From a virus, in the IMG/VR virus record IMGVR_UViG_3300035436_000036: 64,000 nt of DNA, one strand, 5' to 3'. Position 1 is the stretch's first letter. Each line of letters begins with the position of its first letter. The position numbers and the translations under genes were made by a program. Shown one piece after another: positions 36,382-44,911 of the stretch. The notes below the pieces were generated by a model that saw only the letters and a program-made list of their open reading frames with translations, made no database searches and was not told the DNA's origin.

Positions 36382-36972
36382 ATGGTAGAAACTGTTTCAA
36401 TTAAACGTCATTGGGATAAGTACGATGACAATACTCACGAACTGCCTGAGGTTGTTCCTAGTGTAGTATTCAAGACTCGTGTCCGCGATGACTCAATCGA
36501 AGGCCCCAATCCTTACCGCTGGGAAGACAAGACTAGCTTTGACTACTTCGGTGGCAAGCGTGTCATCCTCTTCTCACTCCCTGGCGCATTCACCCCCACA
36601 TGTTCCACATACCAGCTTCCGGATTTCGAGAATAGCTACGAAGCATTCAAGAGCTTTGGTATCGATGAGATCTATTGTGTCTCTGTCAACGATGCCTTTG
36701 TGATGAACTGCTGGGCTCAACAGCAAGGTGTAGAGAACGTCAAGATGATTCCAGATGGTTCTGGCAAATTCACTCGCAAGATGCAGATGAATGTCTACAA
36801 AGACAACCTTGGGTTCGGTGAGCGCTCATGGCGTTATGCATGCCTTATCGAGAATGGTAAGATCCTCAAGTGGTTCATTGAACCAGGTATGGAAGACAAT
36901 TGCGAAGAGGATCCATACGGCCGTACGGATCCAGCAAAGATCCTCGAGTATGTCGAGGCGTTCTATGGCTGA
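36382..36972 (+). CDS. Peroxiredoxin (Prx5-like, 1-Cys/atypical 2-Cys)
   Basis: PGAFTPTCS peroxidatic-Cys motif. Confidence 0.85.
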   Translation: MVETVSIKRHWDKYDDNTHELPEVVPSVVFKTRVRDDSIEGPNPYRWEDKTSFDYFGGKRVILFSLPGAFTPTCSTYQLPDFENSYEAFKSFGIDEIYCVSVNDAFVMNCWAQQQGVENVKMIPDGSGKFTRKMQMNVYKDNLGFGERSWRYACLIENGKILKWFIEPGMEDNCEEDPYGRTDPAKILEYVEAFYG

Positions 36973-37153
36973 TAAGAAGGTTGTAGCTGGTGTCGCTGCC
37001 GTTGCTGTTGTAGGAGCTCTCTCCTACCTCGGCTACAAGGTGTACAAAGAGATCTCGAATATCAACTTCGATGATCTCGACTGGCTAGAGACGGATGGTA
37101 TCCCCGAAGGATACAATGAATGGTTAAAGGAGACAGAAGTTGCCACTCGGTGA
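36965..37153 (+). CDS. Small membrane protein (62 aa; TM VVAGVAAVAVVGALSYLGY)
   Basis: ATG overlapping peroxiredoxin stop (ATGGCTGA). Confidence 0.4.
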   Translation: MADKKVVAGVAAVAVVGALSYLGYKVYKEISNINFDDLDWLETDGIPEGYNEWLKETEVATR

Positions 37154-37166
37154 AACTCTTATTTTT

Positions 37167-37346
37167 ATGGTGATTGCCTATGTTGTAGGTTCTGTCGTTA
37201 CCTTCTTCATTGGAAGGCAGATGGGTATCAAGATTGGTGCTGTGTTAACTTTTGATTTATTTGCGAGGTTAGGTTATGTTAAATATTATGTCGATGAACG
37301 AGGTGAAGTCGTTCTTCAAAAAGTCGGTGAGTCTCAAGAAGACTGA
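37167..37346 (+). CDS. Small membrane protein (59 aa)
   Basis: Hydrophobic ORF; alternative TTG start at 37140. Confidence 0.35.
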   Translation: MVIAYVVGSVVTFFIGRQMGIKIGAVLTFDLFARLGYVKYYVDERGEVVLQKVGESQED

Positions 37347-37458
37347 TCTGCTATCATACAATGTTCCCAGTAGCAACATTACTGTAACATATGGGCCTAC
37401 AACGAGTAGGCAAGGGTATACGATCCCAACTGACTTCAGTTTCGATCAGTATTAATTA

Positions 37459-37490
37459 GAGGGGGTGGCTTCGGTCACCCCCTTTTTTTA
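37459..37490 (+). terminator. Rho-independent terminator
   Basis: GGGGGTGGCTTCGGTCACCCCC + TTTTTTT. Confidence 0.8.
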
Positions 37491-37496
37491 TAAATA
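37489..37496 (+). promoter_or_regulatory. T4-type late promoter TATAAATA driving the 37.5-43.1 kb module
   Basis: Exact TATAAATA 6 nt upstream of ATG 37502, immediately after terminator. Confidence 0.5.
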
Positions 37497-37501
37497 CTAT
37501 C

Positions 37502-37789
37502 ATGAACTATGACGTTGTTTTCAAACTAATTGCTGATGTCGGGTTCCCCATCGCAGCTGCACTGCTCGCAGGAGTATTCGTATACTTCGTCATCAATTAC
37601 ATACTTGAAAGTGTCGTGAAAGCCATTAAAGGCATGCAGGGTATTATTATGGGACTCGATAACAGAGTCAAGACAATGAACCATGATATCATCCGTGTTG
37701 ATGCCGTAGTAAGTTCCGCTCTAGGTCTTAAACCAGATCTAGATCGCATCGCTCGAGCTGACGGGAAGAACGATGCGAGAAAAGACTAA
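37502..37789 (+). CDS. Small N-terminal-TM protein, paralog A (holin-like?)
   Basis: Tandem paralog pair (VFKLIADVGFPIAAALLAGVFVYFV vs IAELIKQYGFPIVAAVGMGYFVWFI). Confidence 0.5.
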   Translation: MNYDVVFKLIADVGFPIAAALLAGVFVYFVINYILESVVKAIKGMQGIIMGLDNRVKTMNHDIIRVDAVVSSALGLKPDLDRIARADGKNDARKD

Positions 37790-38052
37790 TGGATGTAAAT
37801 GTAATTGCTGAACTTATAAAGCAATATGGGTTTCCGATCGTCGCCGCTGTGGGGATGGGATACTTCGTATGGTTTATCTACAAGTTTGTTACTGATAAGT
37901 TAATGCCGCTGATAGGTGAGACCAATGTCATTCTGATTGCTCTCATTGATCGCGTTCGCATGCTGGATAACGATCTAATAAGATTGAACCAGAAGGTGAA
38001 TGTCGTACTGCAGATAAAGGAGGATCACAGTGACCATAAATCTAAAGATTGA
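37789..38052 (+). CDS. Small N-terminal-TM protein, paralog B
   Basis: Tandem duplicate of previous gene; TAATG overlap. Confidence 0.5.
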   Translation: MDVNVIAELIKQYGFPIVAAVGMGYFVWFIYKFVTDKLMPLIGETNVILIALIDRVRMLDNDLIRLNQKVNVVLQIKEDHSDHKSKD

Positions 38053-38126
38053 GATCCTCAAAGTATTCTCGCTTGAACTTAGCCTTTCTTCTGATAAAGA
38101 AATCAAACTAAAGAAAGACAAACAAG

Positions 38127-38564
38127 ATGAGAAAGAGTCTGCTCCTGCTACTCCTAGTAAGCAGCCCGCTCCAAGCAAGTGAGATAGTATTTGGATTTAA
38201 GAACCCTTCGTTCTCTGGCAACAATGCCGGAGCGCAATGGCTGACTATTGAGAATCAAGAGACTACTCGTAAAAAGGCTATAGCGGATAAGATCGAGGCC
38301 GAACTCAAGGCTCAGGCTCTTGAAGAGAAGAACTCGATCCTCAATCGCTTTATGAACAACCTACAGTCTCGTATCTACTCGCAGCTTGCTCAACAGCTGA
38401 CAAACAATCTGTTTGGTGAGATGGGTGGCGAAGAGGGTGAGTTCGGTCTTGAAGGCAACTCTATCAAGTACAAGAAGACTGACACAGAGATCACACTATC
38501 AATTACTGATGCGGCTGGTAACACTACCGAGATTATAATTCCGACGAGTGGCTTCAAATGGTAA
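38127..38564 (+). CDS. csgF: CsgF-like curli assembly protein
   Basis: Signal peptide then FGFKNPSFSGNNAGAQWL (E. coli CsgF FQFRNPNFGGNPNNGAFLL) and ITLSITDAAGNTTEIII (LQLNVTDRKTGQTSTIQV). Confidence 0.75.
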   Translation: MRKSLLLLLLVSSPLQASEIVFGFKNPSFSGNNAGAQWLTIENQETTRKKAIADKIEAELKAQALEEKNSILNRFMNNLQSRIYSQLAQQLTNNLFGEMGGEEGEFGLEGNSIKYKKTDTEITLSITDAAGNTTEIIIPTSGFKW

Positions 38565-39349
38565 GGAATTGGTTTCTCTTACTAATACCGCTGTTGCTGG
38601 GCGGGTGCATGTCAATGGGTTCTGGTGTGCTTGACATGCAGGATCGACCTGAACTTAGCCGCACACTGACAAAGGAATTGTATACTCTGAGCCCACCTAA
38701 GCAACAGGCTGTAGTTGCGGTGTATGACTTTCCGGACCTTACAGGTCAAAGAAGAGATAAGGATGGCATTGCCAGCATCTCGACTGCAGTGACTCAGGGT
38801 GGCACAGCGCTTCTAATCTCTGCACTGACAGATGCAGGTGGTGGTTCGTGGTTCAGAGTTGTTGAACGCAATCGCGTTGACGATCTTGCAAAGGAACGTC
38901 AGATTGTTAGACAGACTCGTGAAGAGTATATTGGAGAAGGAGCAAATAAGCTAGAGCCAATGCTCTTTGCTGGTTTGATTATCCAGGGTGGAATCATTGG
39001 CTATGATAGCAACATCCAGACTGGCGGGGCAGGCGCAAGGTATCTGGGCATTGGTGGAACAACAGTGTATCGTAAGGACCAAGTGGTAATTGCGTTGCGT
39101 GGTGTCAATACAAACACAGGGGAAGTGATCCTCAACGTACAGGTTTCCAAGACCGTGCTTTCGGTTGGCAGAGACCTTTCGGTTTTTAAGTTTGTTGATG
39201 TAGGAACAAAGCTGGTAGAAGCGGAAGCCGGCATGACTGAGAATGAAGCTAACACAATGGCAGTTAAGATGGCCATAGAGGAAGCAGTATTACAGTTAAT
39301 CAAACAAGGTATCGATAAGGGATACTTTAGCTATAGGGAAGAAGGATGA
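38558..39349 (+). CDS. csgG: CsgG-like curli secretion channel lipoprotein
   Basis: Lipobox LLGGC; AVVAVYDFPDLTGQ; IIGYDSNIQTGGAGARYLGIGGTTVYRKDQVVIALRGVNTNTGEVIL strongly similar to E. coli CsgG IIGYESNVKSGGVGARYFGIGADTQYQLDQIAVNLRVVNVSTGEIL. Confidence 0.9.
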   Translation: MVRNWFLLLIPLLLGGCMSMGSGVLDMQDRPELSRTLTKELYTLSPPKQQAVVAVYDFPDLTGQRRDKDGIASISTAVTQGGTALLISALTDAGGGSWFRVVERNRVDDLAKERQIVRQTREEYIGEGANKLEPMLFAGLIIQGGIIGYDSNIQTGGAGARYLGIGGTTVYRKDQVVIALRGVNTNTGEVILNVQVSKTVLSVGRDLSVFKFVDVGTKLVEAEAGMTENEANTMAVKMAIEEAVLQLIKQGIDKGYFSYREEG

Positions 39350-40044
39350 TGAAAAAGGCACTAGCACTTTTCATTATGTCTCTGATGACGAGTTCGTTAG
39401 CTTATGCACAGTCGACGACTAACTCGATTTTTATCGACCAAGTTGGTAACGGTAGTACAATTACAGTTACCCAGAAGGGTCAGAACAATAGAATTGGTTC
39501 TGAACAAAACCGTGTTGTGATTGAAGGCAACAACCAGACAATCACTTCTACGCAAGAAGGTAATAATAACCTTATTCAGGGTTCTATTACACAGGGCGAT
39601 AACGTCAGCATCGATTCGACCGTGACAGGTGACAACAATACAGTTACCTATGACATGGGTGATGCAGCAAGCGTTGCAGGTTCAACTAAGACACTCGCGG
39701 TGACAGGCGATTCGAACAACCTGACATTCAACCAGGGCACAGCAGCTTCGGCTACAGGGGCTACACAGAACATCACGTTCACCGGTGATACCAATACCTA
39801 TACCTCGACAATCAATACGGATGACGTAGTCAATGATATGACTATTGCTGGTGATGGTAACACGATCACAATGGTGCAAGATGGCACAGCTGGTAAGAAT
39901 GTTGAAATGGTGCTTACAGGCAGCACAAACAATGTTACTGTAAATCAAAAGAGCACAAACAATGTTGATACGATCAAGATCAATAGCACAAGCACTGGTA
40001 GCACTCTTGTTATTAATCAGTGCAACGCCGGCGGCCCTTGCTAA
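39346..40044 (+). CDS. Secreted curlin-repeat (CsgA/CsgB-like) protein candidate
   Basis: Signal peptide; ~20-residue imperfect repeats with Q-x-G-x-N-N / N-x-[VI]-T-x-x-Q cores, Gln/Asn/Thr/Gly-rich; encoded directly after csgF-csgG. Confidence 0.5.
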   Translation: MMKKALALFIMSLMTSSLAYAQSTTNSIFIDQVGNGSTITVTQKGQNNRIGSEQNRVVIEGNNQTITSTQEGNNNLIQGSITQGDNVSIDSTVTGDNNTVTYDMGDAASVAGSTKTLAVTGDSNNLTFNQGTAASATGATQNITFTGDTNTYTSTINTDDVVNDMTIAGDGNTITMVQDGTAGKNVEMVLTGSTNNVTVNQKSTNNVDTIKINSTSTGSTLVINQCNAGGPC

Positions 40045-41053
40045 TATTGGCAACGTAACGCAGGCGCGTGGTAATAGCGAAGTCGTGAAGAAAGCCACTA
40101 AGGTTCCTACACGACTTCAGCTACCTATTGCTAAGTTAGATAGAGTACAGACTGGAAACGGTAGAGTCGAGATCAAGTTTATCGACGACTCTACCGTCAG
40201 GGTAACAGAACATTCGAAGCTCGTGATCGACGACTTCGTCTATAGTGGTAAGCCATCCACTTCAAGAATGGCTCTCAAGTTTGCCTCTGGCACTGCTAGA
40301 TTCGCTACCGGTCAGTCTGGTAAGATGAACAAAAGCAACATCAATCTCAGAACACCCACTGCTACAATTGGTGTTCGTGGAACAGACTTCGCAGCAACCG
40401 TAGACGACTTTGGCAAAAGCCTTATCATTCTCCTACCCGAGCCAGATGGATCCGTGGGAGAAATCACTGTGTCTAATGCTGCGGGGTTCGTTATTCTCAC
40501 GAAAGCCTTCCAGGCCACCATCGTGTCGACAGCAGATAGTAGACCATCTCGTCCCGTGATCCTCAACCTGACACTGGATCAGATTGATAACATGCTGATT
40601 GTATCCCCAGCAGAAGAGGTTGATATGGGCGAAGATGCTGGCGAGACAAGATCAAATATCTTGGACTTATCAGAGCTCGATGTAGACTTCCTGGCTAAAG
40701 ATGATCTGAAAGAAGATCAGCTGGCGAGTTCGGATCTAGACATCAATGCAATCGATACCAACTTCCTTGGAGAAGACTTTCTCGATGATAGTCTTGCTGG
40801 AGGTGATTGTATCACACGTGAAGGTACGAAGCTATGCGGCACAATATTCGGTCTTGATAGCGTAACACAAATCACAACGATTCTATCTGGAGATTCAATC
40901 CGTCTCGTAAGAACTCTCGGCACTACTGTAGATGTCAGGTTCAAGAAGGACGAAAACAAAACTTTATACATAGATAGTAGTGGCAAGTCATTTTTGATCG
41001 AAATAAACGATCCAGCTGGGGGTACAATAATCAATGTCAAACAAAGTGACTAA
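39962..41053 (+). CDS. Secreted FecR-domain protein with acidic C-terminal region
   Basis: Clear signal peptide ALVALLLLISATPAALA; FecR-type core (TVRVTEHSKLVID ... TPTATIGVRGTDF); start overlaps previous gene by 83 nt. Confidence 0.6.
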   Translation: MLIRSRSIAQALVALLLLISATPAALANIGNVTQARGNSEVVKKATKVPTRLQLPIAKLDRVQTGNGRVEIKFIDDSTVRVTEHSKLVIDDFVYSGKPSTSRMALKFASGTARFATGQSGKMNKSNINLRTPTATIGVRGTDFAATVDDFGKSLIILLPEPDGSVGEITVSNAAGFVILTKAFQATIVSTADSRPSRPVILNLTLDQIDNMLIVSPAEEVDMGEDAGETRSNILDLSELDVDFLAKDDLKEDQLASSDLDINAIDTNFLGEDFLDDSLAGGDCITREGTKLCGTIFGLDSVTQITTILSGDSIRLVRTLGTTVDVRFKKDENKTLYIDSSGKSFLIEINDPAGGTIINVKQSD

Positions 41054-43091
41054 GGTCTTATTGTCCCCATGGCTGGCTCTCCTGACATTTGCTTTGCTAT
41101 TCGCAGTCAAGGTTCAGGATCCGTTCCTAGTAGAATCTGCTAGGCTTAAGTTCTATGATTACATTATGATCGACAAACCAGTCGAATCAAAAGACATAGT
41201 CGTTGTAAACATAGGGGAGAAAGCAATTGAAAAATATGGCCAGTGGCCTTTCCCGAGGGAAGTACATGCTAAGATTATTAGCGACCTTTATAGGGCAAAC
41301 GCTGGTCTCGTTGGTAGCACTATACTTATGCCTGAGCCTGATCGTATGGGGACTGATAGAGTTCTTGTCGATGTCCTGAAACAGGCTCCGGTTGTTCTCA
41401 GTCAGACTGTGAGCGACTCTTGTTCACGGGCAGGTGCGACAATTCGGAAGACAGGCGTTGCCGTAATCGGCGATGGAGAACCAACTGAATTTCTTCCTCA
41501 ATATCCGTGCGTTCTAAGTAATATCGCACCTCTTCAAGAAGCCGCAGCCGGTGTTGGGATAACATCAACCCTACCTGAGGCTGATGGGGTCGTGAGGCGA
41601 GTTCCTCTTCTAGCTCAATCTGAAAACGAATACTACCCCGCATTTGCTCTAGAGCTTCTACGTGTAGCTGCTGGAGATCCTTCGTATCAAGCGAAGATAA
41701 ATCAGACTGGTGTTGAAGCATTACGGATTCCTCAATTCGATACTATTAAGACGGATGAATATGGTCGCATATTTATTAACCCAAATTATAAGTTCAAAGA
41801 GATTGAACTGGGTGTTCCTACAACTGTAGACTTGAATCAAAAGATTGTAGTTTTAGGTGTAACTGCTGCCGGCATTCAGAATCCACTAGCAACTCCTCAA
41901 GGAGCTCAGTATCCTCAGAATGTACAAGCAAGCATCCTTCAGACACTACTAGACGGTGACTCTGTATCGATTCCACTTTGGGCTTCTTCTTTGGATTTGG
42001 CACTGCTATTATTCCTTACTATTGGTATCGTTGTCCTATCAAAGGTGAGATACTCTGTTGTATGGATCATGATATTGATCGGTGGGTATGTTTACCTACC
42101 TGTCTATTTATTCGCCAGTCAAAAGCTGCTACTTGACATTTCTTTCAATGTCTTCGCTGTTCTTATAATTTACCTACACATCTATACAGTAAAGTTCATC
42201 TCTGAATTCCTACAGAAGCAGCAGATCAAGAAGCAGTTCGGAACGTATCTCTCACCTGACCTGGTCGCAAAGCTCCAACGCAATCCTGAGCTTCTGGCTC
42301 TCGGTGGCGAAGAGCAAGAGCTGTCAATCATGTTCACAGACGTTCGTGGATTCACAACGATCTCAGAGCACTATGGTAAGGACGTTCAAGGTCTGACAAA
42401 GATCATGAACCGCTACATGACGGCTATGACAAAGGCGATCCTCGAGAACAACGGAACGCTGGACAAGTACATTGGTGACGCTCAGATGGCATTCTGGAAC
42501 GCACCTGTCGCAAACGAAAAACATGCTCTGGATGCTGTAAGAACATCCTTTGAGATGATGAAAGCCCTGGAGACATTTAATGCAGAAATTAAAGAAGAAG
42601 GCGTTCCAGCTTTCGGTATGGGTCTTGGTATTAACACTGCCACTGTGGTGGTTGGCAATATGGGTAGCGATCAGCGCTTTGATTATACTTGCCTGGGTGA
42701 CGGGGTTAATCTGGCTGCTCGTCTCGAAGGTCAGTCCAAGCCTTATGGCGTCAAACTCGTCCTCGGGTCTCGCACAGCGGACCTGGTTAGGGATGTATAC
42801 CAAGTAGTCGAGCTTGATCTAATAGCTGTTAAAGGTAAGACCGAACCGGCACGCATCTATACCGTGGTGGAGAACTTCGACACATACTCGCAGGTGATGC
42901 ATGATACGTTCCTGGATCTGTATCGCAAGGGCGATTGGGCCAGAGCGATAAAGCAGGCTCAAGAACGCAAGGCACAGGCCTGGGGCGGTGAGCTTGAGGC
43001 ATACTATGATATGATGATCGAGCGCAGCGCAGATATGAAGGCTGCTGGTGTAAAGAATTTTGATGGAATCTACAGAGCGACTTCCAAATAA
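41034..43091 (+). CDS. CHASE2-sensor class III adenylate/guanylate cyclase
   Basis: N-terminal TM + periplasmic CHASE2 region (DIVVVNIGEKAIEKYGQWPFPREVHAKII), three TM helices, cyclase domain with FTDVRGFTTISE ... KYIGDAQMAFWNAP ... GDGVNLAARLE. Confidence 0.85.
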   Translation: MSNKVTKVLLSPWLALLTFALLFAVKVQDPFLVESARLKFYDYIMIDKPVESKDIVVVNIGEKAIEKYGQWPFPREVHAKIISDLYRANAGLVGSTILMPEPDRMGTDRVLVDVLKQAPVVLSQTVSDSCSRAGATIRKTGVAVIGDGEPTEFLPQYPCVLSNIAPLQEAAAGVGITSTLPEADGVVRRVPLLAQSENEYYPAFALELLRVAAGDPSYQAKINQTGVEALRIPQFDTIKTDEYGRIFINPNYKFKEIELGVPTTVDLNQKIVVLGVTAAGIQNPLATPQGAQYPQNVQASILQTLLDGDSVSIPLWASSLDLALLLFLTIGIVVLSKVRYSVVWIMILIGGYVYLPVYLFASQKLLLDISFNVFAVLIIYLHIYTVKFISEFLQKQQIKKQFGTYLSPDLVAKLQRNPELLALGGEEQELSIMFTDVRGFTTISEHYGKDVQGLTKIMNRYMTAMTKAILENNGTLDKYIGDAQMAFWNAPVANEKHALDAVRTSFEMMKALETFNAEIKEEGVPAFGMGLGINTATVVVGNMGSDQRFDYTCLGDGVNLAARLEGQSKPYGVKLVLGSRTADLVRDVYQVVELDLIAVKGKTEPARIYTVVENFDTYSQVMHDTFLDLYRKGDWARAIKQAQERKAQAWGGELEAYYDMMIERSADMKAAGVKNFDGIYRATSK

Positions 43092-43095
43092 GCTG

Positions 43096-43132
43096 TTGAC
43101 CTTTTCGTGAAAATAACGGATAAGGGTATATC
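43096..43132 (+). promoter_or_regulatory. Early promoter cassette copy
   Basis: GCTGTTGACCTTTTCGTGAAAATAACGGATAAGGGTATATC + CAAGAGTGAAAAGGAA leader. Confidence 0.6.
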
Positions 43133-43153
43133 AAGAGTGAAAAGGAATACAGC

Positions 43154-43504
43154 ATGATTAAGGTTTATCAAATTCAACTTACCGATGCAGAGATCGATCT
43201 TGTCAACTCTGGTGGGGATTATACTCCTCGCATCAAAGCCTACTTCGACCGTTCGTTTGAATCGTCATTCAAAGCGGAGAACTTCCAATACTACACTCAT
43301 GTTGCTAACGTCGATGTAGATGGCTTCGAGCAGGCTTTCGAAGCTACGAACCTCTGGGAAGAGAGCTCGTTGTTTGATCGTGTTGAGAAGCTCGGTCGTT
43401 GCTCGTCGATGTCGGTTGGTGACATCGTTGCAGATCATGATGGTAAGCTCTATCGTTGCGCTTCCTTTGGCTTCACGCAGCTTGAAAATTATCAAAAAGA
43501 TTAA
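43154..43504 (+). CDS. Hypothetical protein (116 aa)
   Basis: ORF after early promoter. Confidence 0.5.
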   Translation: MIKVYQIQLTDAEIDLVNSGGDYTPRIKAYFDRSFESSFKAENFQYYTHVANVDVDGFEQAFEATNLWEESSLFDRVEKLGRCSSMSVGDIVADHDGKLYRCASFGFTQLENYQKD

Positions 43505-43507
43505 CTG

Positions 43508-43723
43508 ATGCCAGTCTTCCATATTATTGAAACTGCCTGCCCAACCGTTGCGGTCCGCACGACTCGCAACCGTAGGTCTGCGGAGATGCTGCTCTCTTAC
43601 TTCGGCGAAGGCTTTGAAATCACAGAAGATGTTTGTGGTGAGATCAGAGAGAAAACTGTTGACATATTAGCCGAACTCCGGGATACTGTATATACAGACT
43701 TAAGGAGCTCTTATGATTGTTAA
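43508..43723 (+). CDS. Hypothetical protein (71 aa)
   Basis: ORF. Confidence 0.4.
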   Translation: MPVFHIIETACPTVAVRTTRNRRSAEMLLSYFGEGFEITEDVCGEIREKTVDILAELRDTVYTDLRSSYDC

Positions 43724-44180
43724 TGTATTCGGTGCCGGCAAACAGCGTCAAAAAGACCTCGAAGAGGCAGCTCGGTTCTTCGCATGCGCGTTGATGGATC
43801 CTCGCATGGTTCGTAACCTAGAGCTCGATATCGAAGTTGAGCGTGGCCTCGACATCATGGGTGAGTGCATCAACGAAGACGATACGAAGAACTCTCGTTA
43901 CTTCACGATCCGGTTGGAACGCAACCATACAGAAGATATCATCAAGACTCTGGCACATGAGATGGTTCATGTCAAGCAGTATGCAAAGAATGAGCTCGGA
44001 AAGCAGCTTCGCGTTTCGCGTGGTGGTGGATTGAAGATCACCACTGAGTGGCAAGGCAAGACCTGGAACCCGAAGCGGAAAGAAGATGCGTACTTCGACG
44101 CTCCCTGGGAGATCGAAGCGTATGGCCGTGAAGTCGGTCTTTATGCAAAGTGGATTCAATACAAGAAGGAAGTGAAATGA
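43713..44180 (+). CDS. SprT-like zinc metallopeptidase-domain protein
   Basis: HExxH motif in LAHEMVHVKQ context resembling SprT TLLHEMCHA. Confidence 0.4.
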   Translation: MIVNVFGAGKQRQKDLEEAARFFACALMDPRMVRNLELDIEVERGLDIMGECINEDDTKNSRYFTIRLERNHTEDIIKTLAHEMVHVKQYAKNELGKQLRVSRGGGLKITTEWQGKTWNPKRKEDAYFDAPWEIEAYGREVGLYAKWIQYKKEVK

Positions 44181-44416
44181 AAGATATTATGAAAACAGTT
44201 TTTGATGCAATCTTTAGCATTAACGCACTTATTGCATTCATTATTTTGGGTTTTGGATATGCGGTGGGTGCAGTCCTCATTAATGATAATAAAGAACAAG
44301 CGCTGGTTAAAGCCACAACTAAGCTTTGCTATGATAACGGCCTGGTTAAGGTCGATACTGATGCAGGTTTCTACTGCGTTGCTCCCGCAAACCTTGTAAA
44401 AGTAGAGGCGAAGTAA
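44177..44416 (+). CDS. Small membrane protein (79 aa)
   Basis: ATGA overlap; TM LIAFIILGFGYAVGAVLI. Confidence 0.45.
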   Translation: MKDIMKTVFDAIFSINALIAFIILGFGYAVGAVLINDNKEQALVKATTKLCYDNGLVKVDTDAGFYCVAPANLVKVEAK

Positions 44417-44417
44417 T

Positions 44418-44630
44418 ATGAGTTTCTGGTTAATCGTATATCTGTTCACCGCCGATGGTGAGTACTTTGCAAAAGATATCTATGAGACTGCAAGCAAAGA
44501 GCAGTGCGTAGAGTTTGCTGGTCGAGTGACAAAGACTATCGTCAATACCAGTCTGCAGGCACAGTTCCATTGCGTAAGTGATGACCACTACATGGGTCGC
44601 AAGCAGGATGATGGCATCGAGTATGACTAA
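44418..44630 (+). CDS. Hypothetical protein (70 aa)
   Basis: ORF. Confidence 0.4.
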   Translation: MSFWLIVYLFTADGEYFAKDIYETASKEQCVEFAGRVTKTIVNTSLQAQFHCVSDDHYMGRKQDDGIEYD

Positions 44631-44805
44631 TACATTAGGATATAATTATTCTCTTGAGGATCTTAGAAAAGAATGGAATGCATATTCATCGTTTGTATTT
44701 CAACAAATGGTTAATGACAATAGTAGCACAGAAGAGAAAAAGTTTCTTAAAACGTGGCATTCTTTTATTATGGAAGATTTAAATGGTATCAGAGGAAAGC
44801 TATGA
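44623..44805 (+). CDS. Hypothetical protein (60 aa)
   Basis: Start reassigned to ATG overlapping previous stop. Confidence 0.35.
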   Translation: MTNTLGYNYSLEDLRKEWNAYSSFVFQQMVNDNSSTEEKKFLKTWHSFIMEDLNGIRGKL

Positions 44806-44911
44806 CTAATCATCCTCGTCAACGTGAGATGTGGGATGGCCTGACTAAATCAGGCTGCCTCTCTATTATATTAATAATTGTGATTACAACCATTATACAG
44901 GCGATTTTATA
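44801..44911 (+). CDS. Tiny hydrophobic ORF (36 aa)
   Basis: ATGA-chained ORF, C-terminal hydrophobic stretch; weak. Confidence 0.2.
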
